A stretch of 64,000 nucleotides of DNA, from positions 224,001-288,000 of the forward strand of contig OZ219789.1 of NCBI GenBank assembly GCA_964291285.2, given 5' to 3'. Every line of letters starts with the position of its first letter. Position 1 is the stretch's first letter. Shown here piece by piece: positions 14,586 through 22,729 of the stretch. The translations under genes and the position numbers were made by a program. The notes beneath the pieces were generated by a model that had not been told where the DNA came from, searched no databases, and saw only the letters and a list, made by a program, of their open reading frames with translations. The stretch comes from Alphaproteobacteria bacterium. GTDB lineage: Bacteria > Pseudomonadota > Alphaproteobacteria > Bin95.

Positions 14586-15512
14586 TCAGGCGGCGCAGCG
14601 CATGACCGGGATGCCGAACTGCTTCGCCTTGTCGACGAGGTTGTCGGTGATGCCGGAGCCGGGGAAGGCGATGACGCCCTTGGGCAGGAGGTTGAGCAGT
14701 TCGTCGTTGCGGCGGAAGGGTGCGGCGCGTCCGTGGCGGTCCCAGTCGGGCTTGCAGACGACCTGGTGGACGCCGTTGCGCTCTGCCCAGCGCGCCGCGA
14801 TCTTCTCGACGCCGGGACCGCCGCCATGCACGAGCACGAGGTCGGCATACCTGGCGCGGACCTTGTCGAGGCGCTCGATGACTGCCGCCGGGTTTGCGAT
14901 GTCCTTTCCGCCGGCGATGGCGACCAGTGTGCCCTGGGGCAGGTGAGCCTGTGTCTTGCGGTCCTTTCGGGCGCGGACGAAGTCGCGGGCGTCGATGGCA
15001 GCGGAGGTCAGATGTCCGGTCTGGCTGGCGTGGCTGCCGCGCCGGGGCCGCCATGTGTCGCCGGTGTCTGCGCGGTAGGCTTCAGCGGCTTCGTCGCGCA
15101 AGGTCTCGAAGGCGTCGCGGCGTGCGGTGAGGCACTGTGCGCGGTCGGTCGTGAGTTCCAGTTCGAGGGACCTGATCTCGGAGCCGTCCTGGGTGCGCTG
15201 GAGGTCCTGGAGTTCGGGGATGAGCCTGTCGGCAGCGCGGTCGAGGCGCTGCGTCTGGGCGTGGAGCATGTTGACGAAGCCCCAGAGCAGGCTCTCGCGT
15301 TCGTCTGCCATCTGGTATCCGTCGGGCGCGACGCCCTGGCTGAGGATGCGGAAGGCTTCGGTGACGGCGGCGATGGCCTCGTCTTCGTCCCAGACCTCGC
15401 GGTTGTCGAACTCGTCGCGCTCCGGGGTTGCGCCGAAGAGAGCGGCGTTGTCGCAGACGATCGCGGTTGCGGACTGCGCTGCGGTTTCGGTGATGTCGGT
15501 ATGGAAGGTCAT
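14586..15512 (-). CDS. DUF2493 (SLOG-family) domain protein, copy 1
   Basis: VAIAGG, LVHGG.PGVE, AAPFRRN, IAFPGSGIT motifs. Confidence 0.8.
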   Translation of the reverse strand: MTFHTDITETAAQSATAIVCDNAALFGATPERDEFDNREVWDEDEAIAAVTEAFRILSQGVAPDGYQMADERESLLWGFVNMLHAQTQRLDRAADRLIPELQDLQRTQDGSEIRSLELELTTDRAQCLTARRDAFETLRDEAAEAYRADTGDTWRPRRGSHASQTGHLTSAAIDARDFVRARKDRKTQAHLPQGTLVAIAGGKDIANPAAVIERLDKVRARYADLVLVHGGGPGVEKIAARWAERNGVHQVVCKPDWDRHGRAAPFRRNDELLNLLPKGVIAFPGSGITDNLVDKAKQFGIPVMRCAA

Positions 15513-15900
15513 GTCGTTTTCCTTTCGGTTTCACGTTCGGGGCCGATCCCCGCTGTGATGTCCTGTCGGGACACGCGCGCGGACCGCAGCCACCGGGGCC
15601 GGAATGAATGGCCTGGCGGGATGCGCGAGTGGTGCGGGCGCACAAGCGAGCGTGAGCGAGTGCGGAGCCACGGTCGCGCATCCCGCCAGGCCTAGGCGCT
15701 TGCGCCGTTTCATTCCGAGTCCCGGCCGGAACGGAGCGCCAGCGGAGTGGAGGACCCCGCAGGGGTTGGCGGAGGGAGCACGTGTGGCACGATTGGAGAT
15801 CACAGCGGGGTGGCGTATTTCTCTCGCCCTGCACGGACCCCATCGTCGTTTCGTCCCGGCACGGCGCCGGGAAGGATTTCCGGCCCTGCCCGCCTTTGCG

Positions 15901-16128
15901 TCAGTTCCACAGGGGATGGGAGTCGACCCGCTGCCGGGCGGTCTCGCGGATGCGGGCGCGGTCGTGGAGATAGACGGGCCCGCGCGGGTCTTCGTCGAGG
16001 TGTATGGCGAACACCCTGCGCCCCGGCCGGATGCTGTCGTCGAAGGCGTGGACGTCTCCGACATGGTCGCCGTCCCGGTAGATGCGGGATTCGTCGGGGG
16101 CAATGCGGCGGAAGGAGATGGTGCTCAT
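15901..16128 (-). CDS. 75-aa hypothetical protein (MSTISFRRIAPDES...), copy 1
   Basis: ORF conserved in both module copies; similarity ends at the ATG. Confidence 0.7.
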   Translation of the reverse strand: MSTISFRRIAPDESRIYRDGDHVGDVHAFDDSIRPGRRVFAIHLDEDPRGPVYLHDRARIRETARQRVDSHPLWN

Positions 16129-16187
16129 CGGGTTCTCCGGGTAGCGTGACGGGTGCGCGAGCGGGCTCCCTCTCCTCCTCGCGCGGT

Positions 16188-16742
16188 TCACCCGCTTTCC
16201 AGCCTCGCTCCCACTCCCGTATGCGCCGCGGCGAGACTCGAACCTGCCCGCATGAGAAAAGGGCCGGCGCGCGAGGCGCCGACCCTGTGGGGAGGGAAGA
16301 ACGGGAAGCTCTGGAACGGGATATGGTCGCCGTCCATCGGGTCGCCGCCGCCCGCCTCGTCCGGGCCGGGCTGCGCGGCGTTGCCGTTCGCCTTGTCGAG
16401 GAACTGCACGCGCCCACCCGGGACCAGCAGGATCTCGGTCGAGAAGCGGTCGGAGTCCTCGCCCGGCTTCGACCAGCGCCGGGTCTGGAGCTTGCCGTCG
16501 ATGTAGACCAGCCGGCCCTTCGTGGCGTGCCTGGCGAGCATGTCGATCAGCCCGTCCTGGAAGGTCACGACCCGGTGCCACTCGGTCCTGTCGATCCGCT
16601 CGCCGCTGCCGTTCCGGTCGATGTAGCTCTCGTCGGTGGCAACGCTCAGATTGGCCACGCGGCCGCCGTTCTGCAGGTGGTTGATGGTGACGTCCGCGCC
16701 GAGGCGGCCGATGATCTGCACCTTGTTCAGTCCGAATGCCAT
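16188..16742 (-). CDS. ssb: Single-stranded DNA-binding protein with apparent stop-loss extension
   Basis: LNKVQIIGRLGAD, TEWHRV, IDGKLQTR motifs; internal DHIPF tip. Confidence 0.92.
   Translation of the reverse strand: MAFGLNKVQIIGRLGADVTINHLQNGGRVANLSVATDESYIDRNGSGERIDRTEWHRVVTFQDGLIDMLARHATKGRLVYIDGKLQTRRWSKPGEDSDRFSTEILLVPGGRVQFLDKANGNAAQPGPDEAGGGDPMDGDHIPFQSFPFFPPHRVGASRAGPFLMRAGSSLAAAHTGVGARLESG
16257..16285 (-). terminator. Intrinsic terminator after the ancestral ssb stop
   Basis: GGGTCGGCGC-loop-GCGCCGGCCC-TTTT on the minus strand. Confidence 0.55.
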
Positions 16743-17324
16743 GACAATTCTCCTTCATGGACGAGTTGATGACGATGGGTTGCGAACGACCGGAGCCGGG
16801 GTCACTCCCCCGAACCCCCGCCCGTTCAATCTCTTCAGGCCCTGCTCCCCTCTATGCCGCCGGAGGGAGCGACGCCGCCGGGTTCCGGGGCTCCGCCGGG
16901 TCCTGGAGGGACATCCCGAACGCCGGTTCCGGGAAGAGGCTCGCGAAGCCGTGCTCCGGACAGGCCGCGCCCCTGTCGGGGCAGCTGTAGGTGACGGTCG
17001 TAAAAGGCGCTTATTTGCTGGCGTTGCGCGTTTTTGCGGGGCGTGATGATCGCAGTGATTGTGGCGCCGCGGTGTTTACGACGGGGGCCGGGGACGGAAG
17101 GAGGGCGTAGCCCGACTGGAGTCGCCGGCCCCCGTCGCGTTGATATTTTCGCCTGCCGAGGGGAGGGTGTCCTGGCGCTGTCGGCGAGGGTCGCCGGGCT
17201 GCGCGAGGGAGTAGACTCGGTCCGGTGAGAACGATGCCGCGCCGGCCCCGTTTGCTAGGTGGCAACGACCGGCGCGGCGGATCGCGGCCAGGCGAGCGCC
17301 GCCATCGCCGCCCGGGACAGTATG

Positions 17325-18266
17325 TCAGGTCCAGGCGGTGAAGGAGGCGGTGACGGGGGCGTCGGCGACGATCTCGACGCGGTTGCGGTCGAGCTTCCCG
17401 AAGGCGAGGCAGAGGGCGACATCGGCCGGATCGTCGAACGGGCCGTGCTCGCGGCCGGTCTCCAGTTCGATCACGGTCCAGACCGGCTCGTGGACCGGGA
17501 TGCCCCTGAAATGCGCCGACCCTTGATACGACCTCTCGGCACAGGGCGCACAGCGCGCGGCCCCCTGTGACGGCGCCCCGCAGGCCGTGCACAGGCCGGC
17601 GGCCCGGCGTCGGGCGTACAACTGCCGCGAGCGCGCGTTCTTGCGCTCCGGGTTGTGGCTGGCCTTTTCGATGGCGGCGCAGGGGCCGCAGCGCGAGAGG
17701 CCGTCGAAGGCCGGCTGCCCGCAGCGTGTGCAGCGGCCCGCGGTCCTGCGTTCGTCATATTGCCGCCGTTCCGCCGCCTGCCTCCTGTCCCTGCAGGGCT
17801 GGCAGGTGGTTCCGCACTCGACGGGGGGACGCTTGCCGCAGCGGATGCAGAGGCCGGCCCCGGTCCTTGCCTTCTGGCGGCGCCTGCTCTTGAGGCGGGC
17901 GGCCTTGCGTTTCGCCTCCGCATTGGCGCCGCCATAGGGCAGCCCGGCGGCCTTGCAGGCGGCGTAGCGGGCGCGGTCGTCCGCGCGGCGCTTCTCCAAA
18001 CATGCCTCGCACGACGCGCGGCCCTTCACGGCCGGCGCATTGCCGCAGCGGGTGCAGAGGCCTTTGGCGGCCCTTTGTTCCCTCTTGCTGCGAGTGCGCT
18101 GGCGCTCGGACTGCCGGACGGTTTCGGGTCTCTTCGCGGCGGACCCGGCGCAGACGCTGCGCCCCGGCGCGGGCGGGACCTTGCCGCAGCGCGGACACAG
18201 GCCTTGGGCGATACGCTTGCGCTCGCGGGCCTTGCGGACTTCCGGGTCCCGGCAAGCCATGGCCAT
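17325..18266 (-). CDS. Basic protein with five tandem Cys4 zinc-finger-like repeats
   Basis: G(L/R)CxxCG-x(7-9)-CxxC repeated five times (first one degenerate); GAGGAG RBS. Confidence 0.75.
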   Translation of the reverse strand: MAMACRDPEVRKARERKRIAQGLCPRCGKVPPAPGRSVCAGSAAKRPETVRQSERQRTRSKREQRAAKGLCTRCGNAPAVKGRASCEACLEKRRADDRARYAACKAAGLPYGGANAEAKRKAARLKSRRRQKARTGAGLCIRCGKRPPVECGTTCQPCRDRRQAAERRQYDERRTAGRCTRCGQPAFDGLSRCGPCAAIEKASHNPERKNARSRQLYARRRAAGLCTACGAPSQGAARCAPCAERSYQGSAHFRGIPVHEPVWTVIELETGREHGPFDDPADVALCLAFGKLDRNRVEIVADAPVTASFTAWT

Positions 18267-18326
18267 TCTCCTCGTCGATGATGCGGGGTCGGGCGGGAGA
18301 CGCCCGGCCGGCGGCGGGCCGGCCGG

Positions 18327-18568
18327 GCGTCCGGGACGATCAGCCGCGCTGGCGGCGGTCGGCGAAGATCCCGAGGCTGCGCCAGCCCCACAGCTGCACC
18401 CCGCAATGCCGCAGTCTGACCCCCGTCGCGATGATGATCTCGTCCCGGGCCGGACGTATCTCCTCAAGCGCCTTCGCGGTGACGATCGTGCCCCGGGCCT
18501 TGCGACGGCCCTCGCATGCCGTGCCGCCGGACCGGACGGGAACGATCTCGCCGTCGGCCTTCGAGACG
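18327..18568. repeat. ~240-bp direct repeat, copy 1 (copy 2 ~22408-22649)
   Basis: Near-identical sequence from CGTCC.GACGATCAGCC to GGCCTTCGAGAC. Confidence 0.88.
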
Positions 18569-18666
18569 TAGCGTTCGACGACATAACGGTCGTCCTCAAG
18601 ACCGCCGCCGACGAAATGGATGAGATAGGTGCGCGCGTCGCCGCGCGGTGCGATTGCTGCCTGCAT
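18340..18666 (-). CDS. Hypothetical protein
   Basis: AAGGAG RBS; 3' portion duplicated at ~22410-22650. Confidence 0.55.
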   Translation of the reverse strand: MQAAIAPRGDARTYLIHFVGGGLEDDRYVVERYVSKADGEIVPVRSGGTACEGRRKARGTIVTAKALEEIRPARDEIIIATGVRLRHCGVQLWGWRSLGIFADRRQRG

Positions 18667-18896
18667 CGTGCCGTGCTCCTTCGACAGGTGAATGGGAACG
18701 GCGGCAGCGCCCCCTCCCTCCGGAGCGCCGACCGCCGCCCCACTCACGGCCAGACCTCGCCTCCTGCCGGTGGAAGACGCGTGGATGGAGACGCCGGCAG
18801 GACGGCCATGCACCGGACAGGAGCGCGGCGCGAGTTGAAAAGCCACACCGGGCATCATAAAAGGAGGCATGAAGGCGGATGTGCGCGAGGCTCGGG

Positions 18897-19279
18897 TTGC
18901 AGACGTTCAAGACCAGGGCGTTCGCCCGTTTCGCCGACCGCGAGGGGCTGGAGGATGAGGCATTGTGCGAGGCCGTCCGGCGCGCCGGGGAGGGGCTGGT
19001 CGACGCCGACCTCGGTGGCGGCGTCATCAAGCAGCGCATCGCCCGCAAGGGCGGCGGCCGGTCCGGAGGGTTCCGCACGATCGTGCTGTTCCGTCGAGGC
19101 GAACTGGCGTTCTTCGTGCACGGGTTTGCGAAGAGCGCCCGGGCAACATCCGGCGCAAGGAACTTTCGGGGCTGCGATTGCTGGCAAACGAGTATCTGGC
19201 GCTGGATGCGGCGGGTCTTGCGGTCGCGCAGGCGACTGGATCGATAATCGAGGTGGAATGCGATGACCGGGCAGCATGA
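18897..19279 (+). pseudogene. RelE/ParE (HigB-like) toxin, frameshifted near 19140
   Basis: FKTRAFARFA, DADLGGGVIKQR, GRSGGFRT, GFAKS; the C-terminus GNIRRKEL...IIEV is in another frame. Confidence 0.8.
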
Positions 19280-19580
19280 GAGCGAGGTGCTGGCTTCGGT
19301 GCACGAGGCGGCGCTCGGCCTGGCCGAAGCGGGCGTGATGTCGAAACGGACCATGCGGAAGTTCGACGAGATGTGCCTCACGCCCGTCAAGGAGATGACG
19401 CCGGAAGACATTCGCGCGCTTCGGCTGCGCGAGAACGCGAGCCAGGCGGTGTTCGCGCGCTACCTCAACGTGACGACGGGTCTTGTGAGCCAGTGGGAGC
19501 GCGGCGAGAAGCACCCCCGCGGCACCTCTCTGAAGCTGCTGACGCTGGTGGAGAAGAACGGTCTCGGTGCGGTCGCGTGA
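19263..19580 (+). CDS. XRE/HigA-like HTH antitoxin
   Basis: IRALRLRENASQAVFARYLNV..GLVSQWERGEKHP. Confidence 0.85.
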   Translation: MTGQHESEVLASVHEAALGLAEAGVMSKRTMRKFDEMCLTPVKEMTPEDIRALRLRENASQAVFARYLNVTTGLVSQWERGEKHPRGTSLKLLTLVEKNGLGAVA

Positions 19581-19655
19581 AAACACGCACCGATCGCGCC
19601 TCCGCCCTGCGCAACCGGGGCGTACTCGAGTTCGACATGACCAGGCAGTTGCACC

Positions 19656-20417
19656 GTGGGCGCTGAATCGGCAATCGAGTGGACCGACGCAACGTGGAAT
19701 CCGGTGACGGGCTGCACGAAGATCACCCGCGGCTGTGACCACTGCTACGCGGAGCGCTTCGCCGAGCGATGGCGCGGTGTTCCCGGGCACCCCTATGAGC
19801 AGGGATTCGACCTGCGACAGTGGCCGTCGCGGCTCGATCAGCCCGCACGATGGCGCAAGCCGCGAATGATCTTCGTCAATTCCATGAGCGACCTGTTTCA
19901 CAAGAAGGTAGATCGGAGCTTTGTCGACAGCGTATTCGAAACGATGGAGGTCGTGGACAGGCACGTCTATCAGATCCTGACAAAACGCAGTTCGCTCATG
20001 AGGAACTACTTGCGACGCCGGTACGCCGACGGTTCGGCTCCCCACCACATATGGTGCGGAGTTTCCGTTGAAGACAGCTCGGCAACTGCAAGAATCGAAC
20101 ATTTGCGAACGGCGCCGGCGGCGGTGCGGTTCCTCTCGATTGAGCCGCTCCTGGGTCCCGTCGGAAACATCGACCTGGACGGGATTTCCTGGGTGATTGT
20201 AGGAGGAGAAAGCGGCCCGCAGGCCCGACCCATGCAACCGGAATGGGTCCGGGACATCCGCGACCTCTGCGCACGTGCTGGCGTGCCGTTCTTCTTCAAG
20301 CAGTGGGGCGGGCAAACGCCGAAGGCCGGCGGCCGCAAGCTGGAGGGAATGGAGCATAACGCAATGCCCGGGCTACTGACCGAGAAGGACGACCATGCCG
20401 TTCAAATGGCACCCTGA
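19656..20417 (+). CDS. DUF5131 (phage Gp37/Gp68) family protein
   Basis: IEWTDATWNPVTGCTKITRGCDHCYA, FVNSMSDLFH, WVIVGGESG, FFFKQWGG. Confidence 0.93.
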   Translation: MGAESAIEWTDATWNPVTGCTKITRGCDHCYAERFAERWRGVPGHPYEQGFDLRQWPSRLDQPARWRKPRMIFVNSMSDLFHKKVDRSFVDSVFETMEVVDRHVYQILTKRSSLMRNYLRRRYADGSAPHHIWCGVSVEDSSATARIEHLRTAPAAVRFLSIEPLLGPVGNIDLDGISWVIVGGESGPQARPMQPEWVRDIRDLCARAGVPFFFKQWGGQTPKAGGRKLEGMEHNAMPGLLTEKDDHAVQMAP

Positions 20418-21648
20418 CGACCCACCGCCGTCCATCGAACCGCATAGCAAGGCGAAACTGGAGGTTTTGCGCAGCTATCTTCGAGCGTACTACGACAGGC
20501 TGAACGTGAATCCCGTCCGAGAGGAGTTCAAGCTAGACCTTATTGACGGGTTTGCGGGCGGAGGTCTATTCCTTGATGAAACTGCCGAAGTTTCGGGCAC
20601 ACCCTTGGTCATGCTCGAAGAAACCGAAAGGGCGAGCGTCCGGCTAAACAAGAAGCGCGCGAAACAACTTCACATCGATTGCAGGTTCTGTTTTGTCGAT
20701 AAGGAGGAGGCGCATACGGACCATCTGCGAAAGATCATCAGAGAGCGTGGCCATCGCGTCGATGATGACAGGATCGTCATCAGAAACGGCCTCTTCGAGA
20801 ATGAGGTCGAGGGCATCATCAATTCAGTTCGACAGCGGCAACCCCGTTCCGGGCGCGCGATTTTCCTTCTCGACCAGACCGGGTTCTCGCAGGTGCAACT
20901 CTCGCTCGTGTCTCGGATTTTTAGTGAGTTGCCAGCGGCCGAAGTGATACTGACTTTTGCAGCCGATGCTCTCGTCAACCACTTGGCGGAAACTCCACAG
21001 ATCGCCAAGATGGCAGTACCGCTTCAGTTGACCGATTCGCAGATTTATGACCTGATCCGGAAAAGAGACGGAGACGGCGGCAGAGCGCTTGTGCAAAGAA
21101 CGCTGCGCAACCACGTCCGGATAGTAACCGGCGCAATCTACGATACGCCTTTTTTCATTCGGCCACGGCAGTCAAGGCGCGCTTTATGGTTTCTCCATCT
21201 TTCAAGGCACCCAACGGCGCGCGACGTGATGATTCAACGGCATTGGGACATTCAGAATACCTTCGAACACTACGGACGGGGGGATTTCGGTATGTTGGGC
21301 TGGGATGCCTTGAAGAACTCGGATACCCTTCCGTTGTTCCAGTTCGGTGAACTCGATGAGAGGCAAATGCGAACGGAGCTGTTGGACTCTCTTCCTCGGG
21401 AGCTGTCCGGGCTGGTGTCTGAACACCCTGTCACCATGGACGCCGTGCGGCATATGCTTGCGAACCGGACGGCTGCGCGATTCTCCGATCTGGATCAAGT
21501 CATTGTGAGGCTCGTGCGGGAAGGAGAGTTCGAAATCGTCAATGAGGAAGGCAAGGTGAGGCCTCGGTCAGTTCAGCGATTGGCTCCAACAGATCGTTTG
21601 GCGCTTCCGTCCACGCTGTTGCTCCCGGGGCTGTCTCGCCGAGCATGA
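20395..21648 (+). CDS. tcmP: Three-Cys-motif partner protein (TcmP-like, SAM-binding fold)
   Basis: HSKAKLEVLRSYL, LIDGFAGGG, FLLDQTGF; overlaps the DUF5131 gene. Confidence 0.82.
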   Translation: MPFKWHPDDPPPSIEPHSKAKLEVLRSYLRAYYDRLNVNPVREEFKLDLIDGFAGGGLFLDETAEVSGTPLVMLEETERASVRLNKKRAKQLHIDCRFCFVDKEEAHTDHLRKIIRERGHRVDDDRIVIRNGLFENEVEGIINSVRQRQPRSGRAIFLLDQTGFSQVQLSLVSRIFSELPAAEVILTFAADALVNHLAETPQIAKMAVPLQLTDSQIYDLIRKRDGDGGRALVQRTLRNHVRIVTGAIYDTPFFIRPRQSRRALWFLHLSRHPTARDVMIQRHWDIQNTFEHYGRGDFGMLGWDALKNSDTLPLFQFGELDERQMRTELLDSLPRELSGLVSEHPVTMDAVRHMLANRTAARFSDLDQVIVRLVREGEFEIVNEEGKVRPRSVQRLAPTDRLALPSTLLLPGLSRRA

Positions 21649-21796
21649 AACATCGTAAGCAACGAATTGGATCTGTGCAGGTCCTTGCACCGGGGTGCAT
21701 CGTTGAATCCACGGATCCGCGAGTGGGATATCCGCGCGTATGCGATAGCCACACAGGCGGCGTCCGGGCGGTCGTGGCGCATTTGAGGCGCGTGCC

Positions 21797-22345
21797 ATGA
21801 CAGTGGCCCGGATGAACCTCGAACTTGCGGAGAGACCGAGCGCGCGTATCATCCTTGTGCGCATCCGCGGGGAAAGCCGCGATGAGGCCGAGAAGGGACG
21901 CTGGTTCGAACAGTTGTTCATGCGGGTTGCGCTTCAGGAGCCGGAATTGTTGAGACTAAGGGCATCTGGCGCCGGGCAGAGTGGCCCGAGCGTGAGACGC
22001 TCACCGGTCTTGATGGACGAGATATCGGGATCGATCTGATGGCGCGGGGCACCTCTGGTGAGTGGGTCGCCATTCAGTGCAAGCGCTATGACGACCGGCA
22101 TGTACTCGGCAAGAGCGGGATCGACAAGTTTCTCGGCGACTCGCAGCAGCCAGTCTTCCGACTGCGGTGGGTCATGGCGACTTGCAGTTGGGGGCCGAAT
22201 GCGAAGCGTGCGATCCAGATTGCCCATCCCGAAATCAGGCAGATCGACTTCAGGCAGTATCTCGACATTCAGGTCAAGGAGCAGGGTGCAAAACGCCCGG
22301 CGCAGGAGCCATGGCCGCTCCAGGCCGATGCGATAGATGCTGCTC
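21797..22345 (+). pseudogene. Type ISP RM-like remnant (Mrr-type nuclease plus helicase Q-motif start)
   Basis: EKGRWFEQL, DIGIDL, AIQCK, PWPLQADAI; frameshift near 21950; truncated before the repeat. Confidence 0.7.
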
Positions 22346-22407
22346 CGGGTCGGGGTGGAATACGGCTGGCGGAGGTCAGGCCGGCGGTGGACCGCGTCGG
22401 GCCGGCA

Positions 22408-22649
22408 GGACGTCCAGACGATCAGCCGCGCTGGCGGCGGTCGGCGAAGATCCCGAGGCTGCGCCAGCCCCACAGCTGCACCCCGCAATGCCGCAGCCTG
22501 ACCCCCGTCGCGATGATGATCTCGTCCCGGGCCGGCCGCATCTCCTCAAGCGCCTTCGCGGTGACGATCGTGCCCCGGGCCTTGCGACGGCCCTTGCGTG
22601 CCGTGCCGCCAGACTGGACGAGAACGATCTCGCCGTCGGCCTTCGAGAC
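22408..22649. repeat. ~240-bp direct repeat, copy 2 (3' fragment of the 18340-18666 gene)
   Basis: Matches 18327-18568. Confidence 0.88.
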
Positions 22650-22729
22650 ATGGCTCGCGCCCGAAGCGGTGTGGTCGATGCCGATCCGGGCGGCGGCGTG
22701 ATATGGCGTCGGGTGATGGAGAGGGCCGC

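Larger units (their letters stand above)
14586..16128. repeat. Duplicated module (DUF2493 + conserved spacer + 75-aa ORF), direct repeat of 36261-37789
   Basis: Near-identical coding sequence; spacer ~15750-15900 matches ~37410-37561; part of the intergenic region has diverged. Confidence 0.9.

Noticed and set aside
14193-15695. 500-aa plus-strand ORF
   Set aside because: Antisense to the DUF2493 gene; its 5' part is not conserved in the second module copy.
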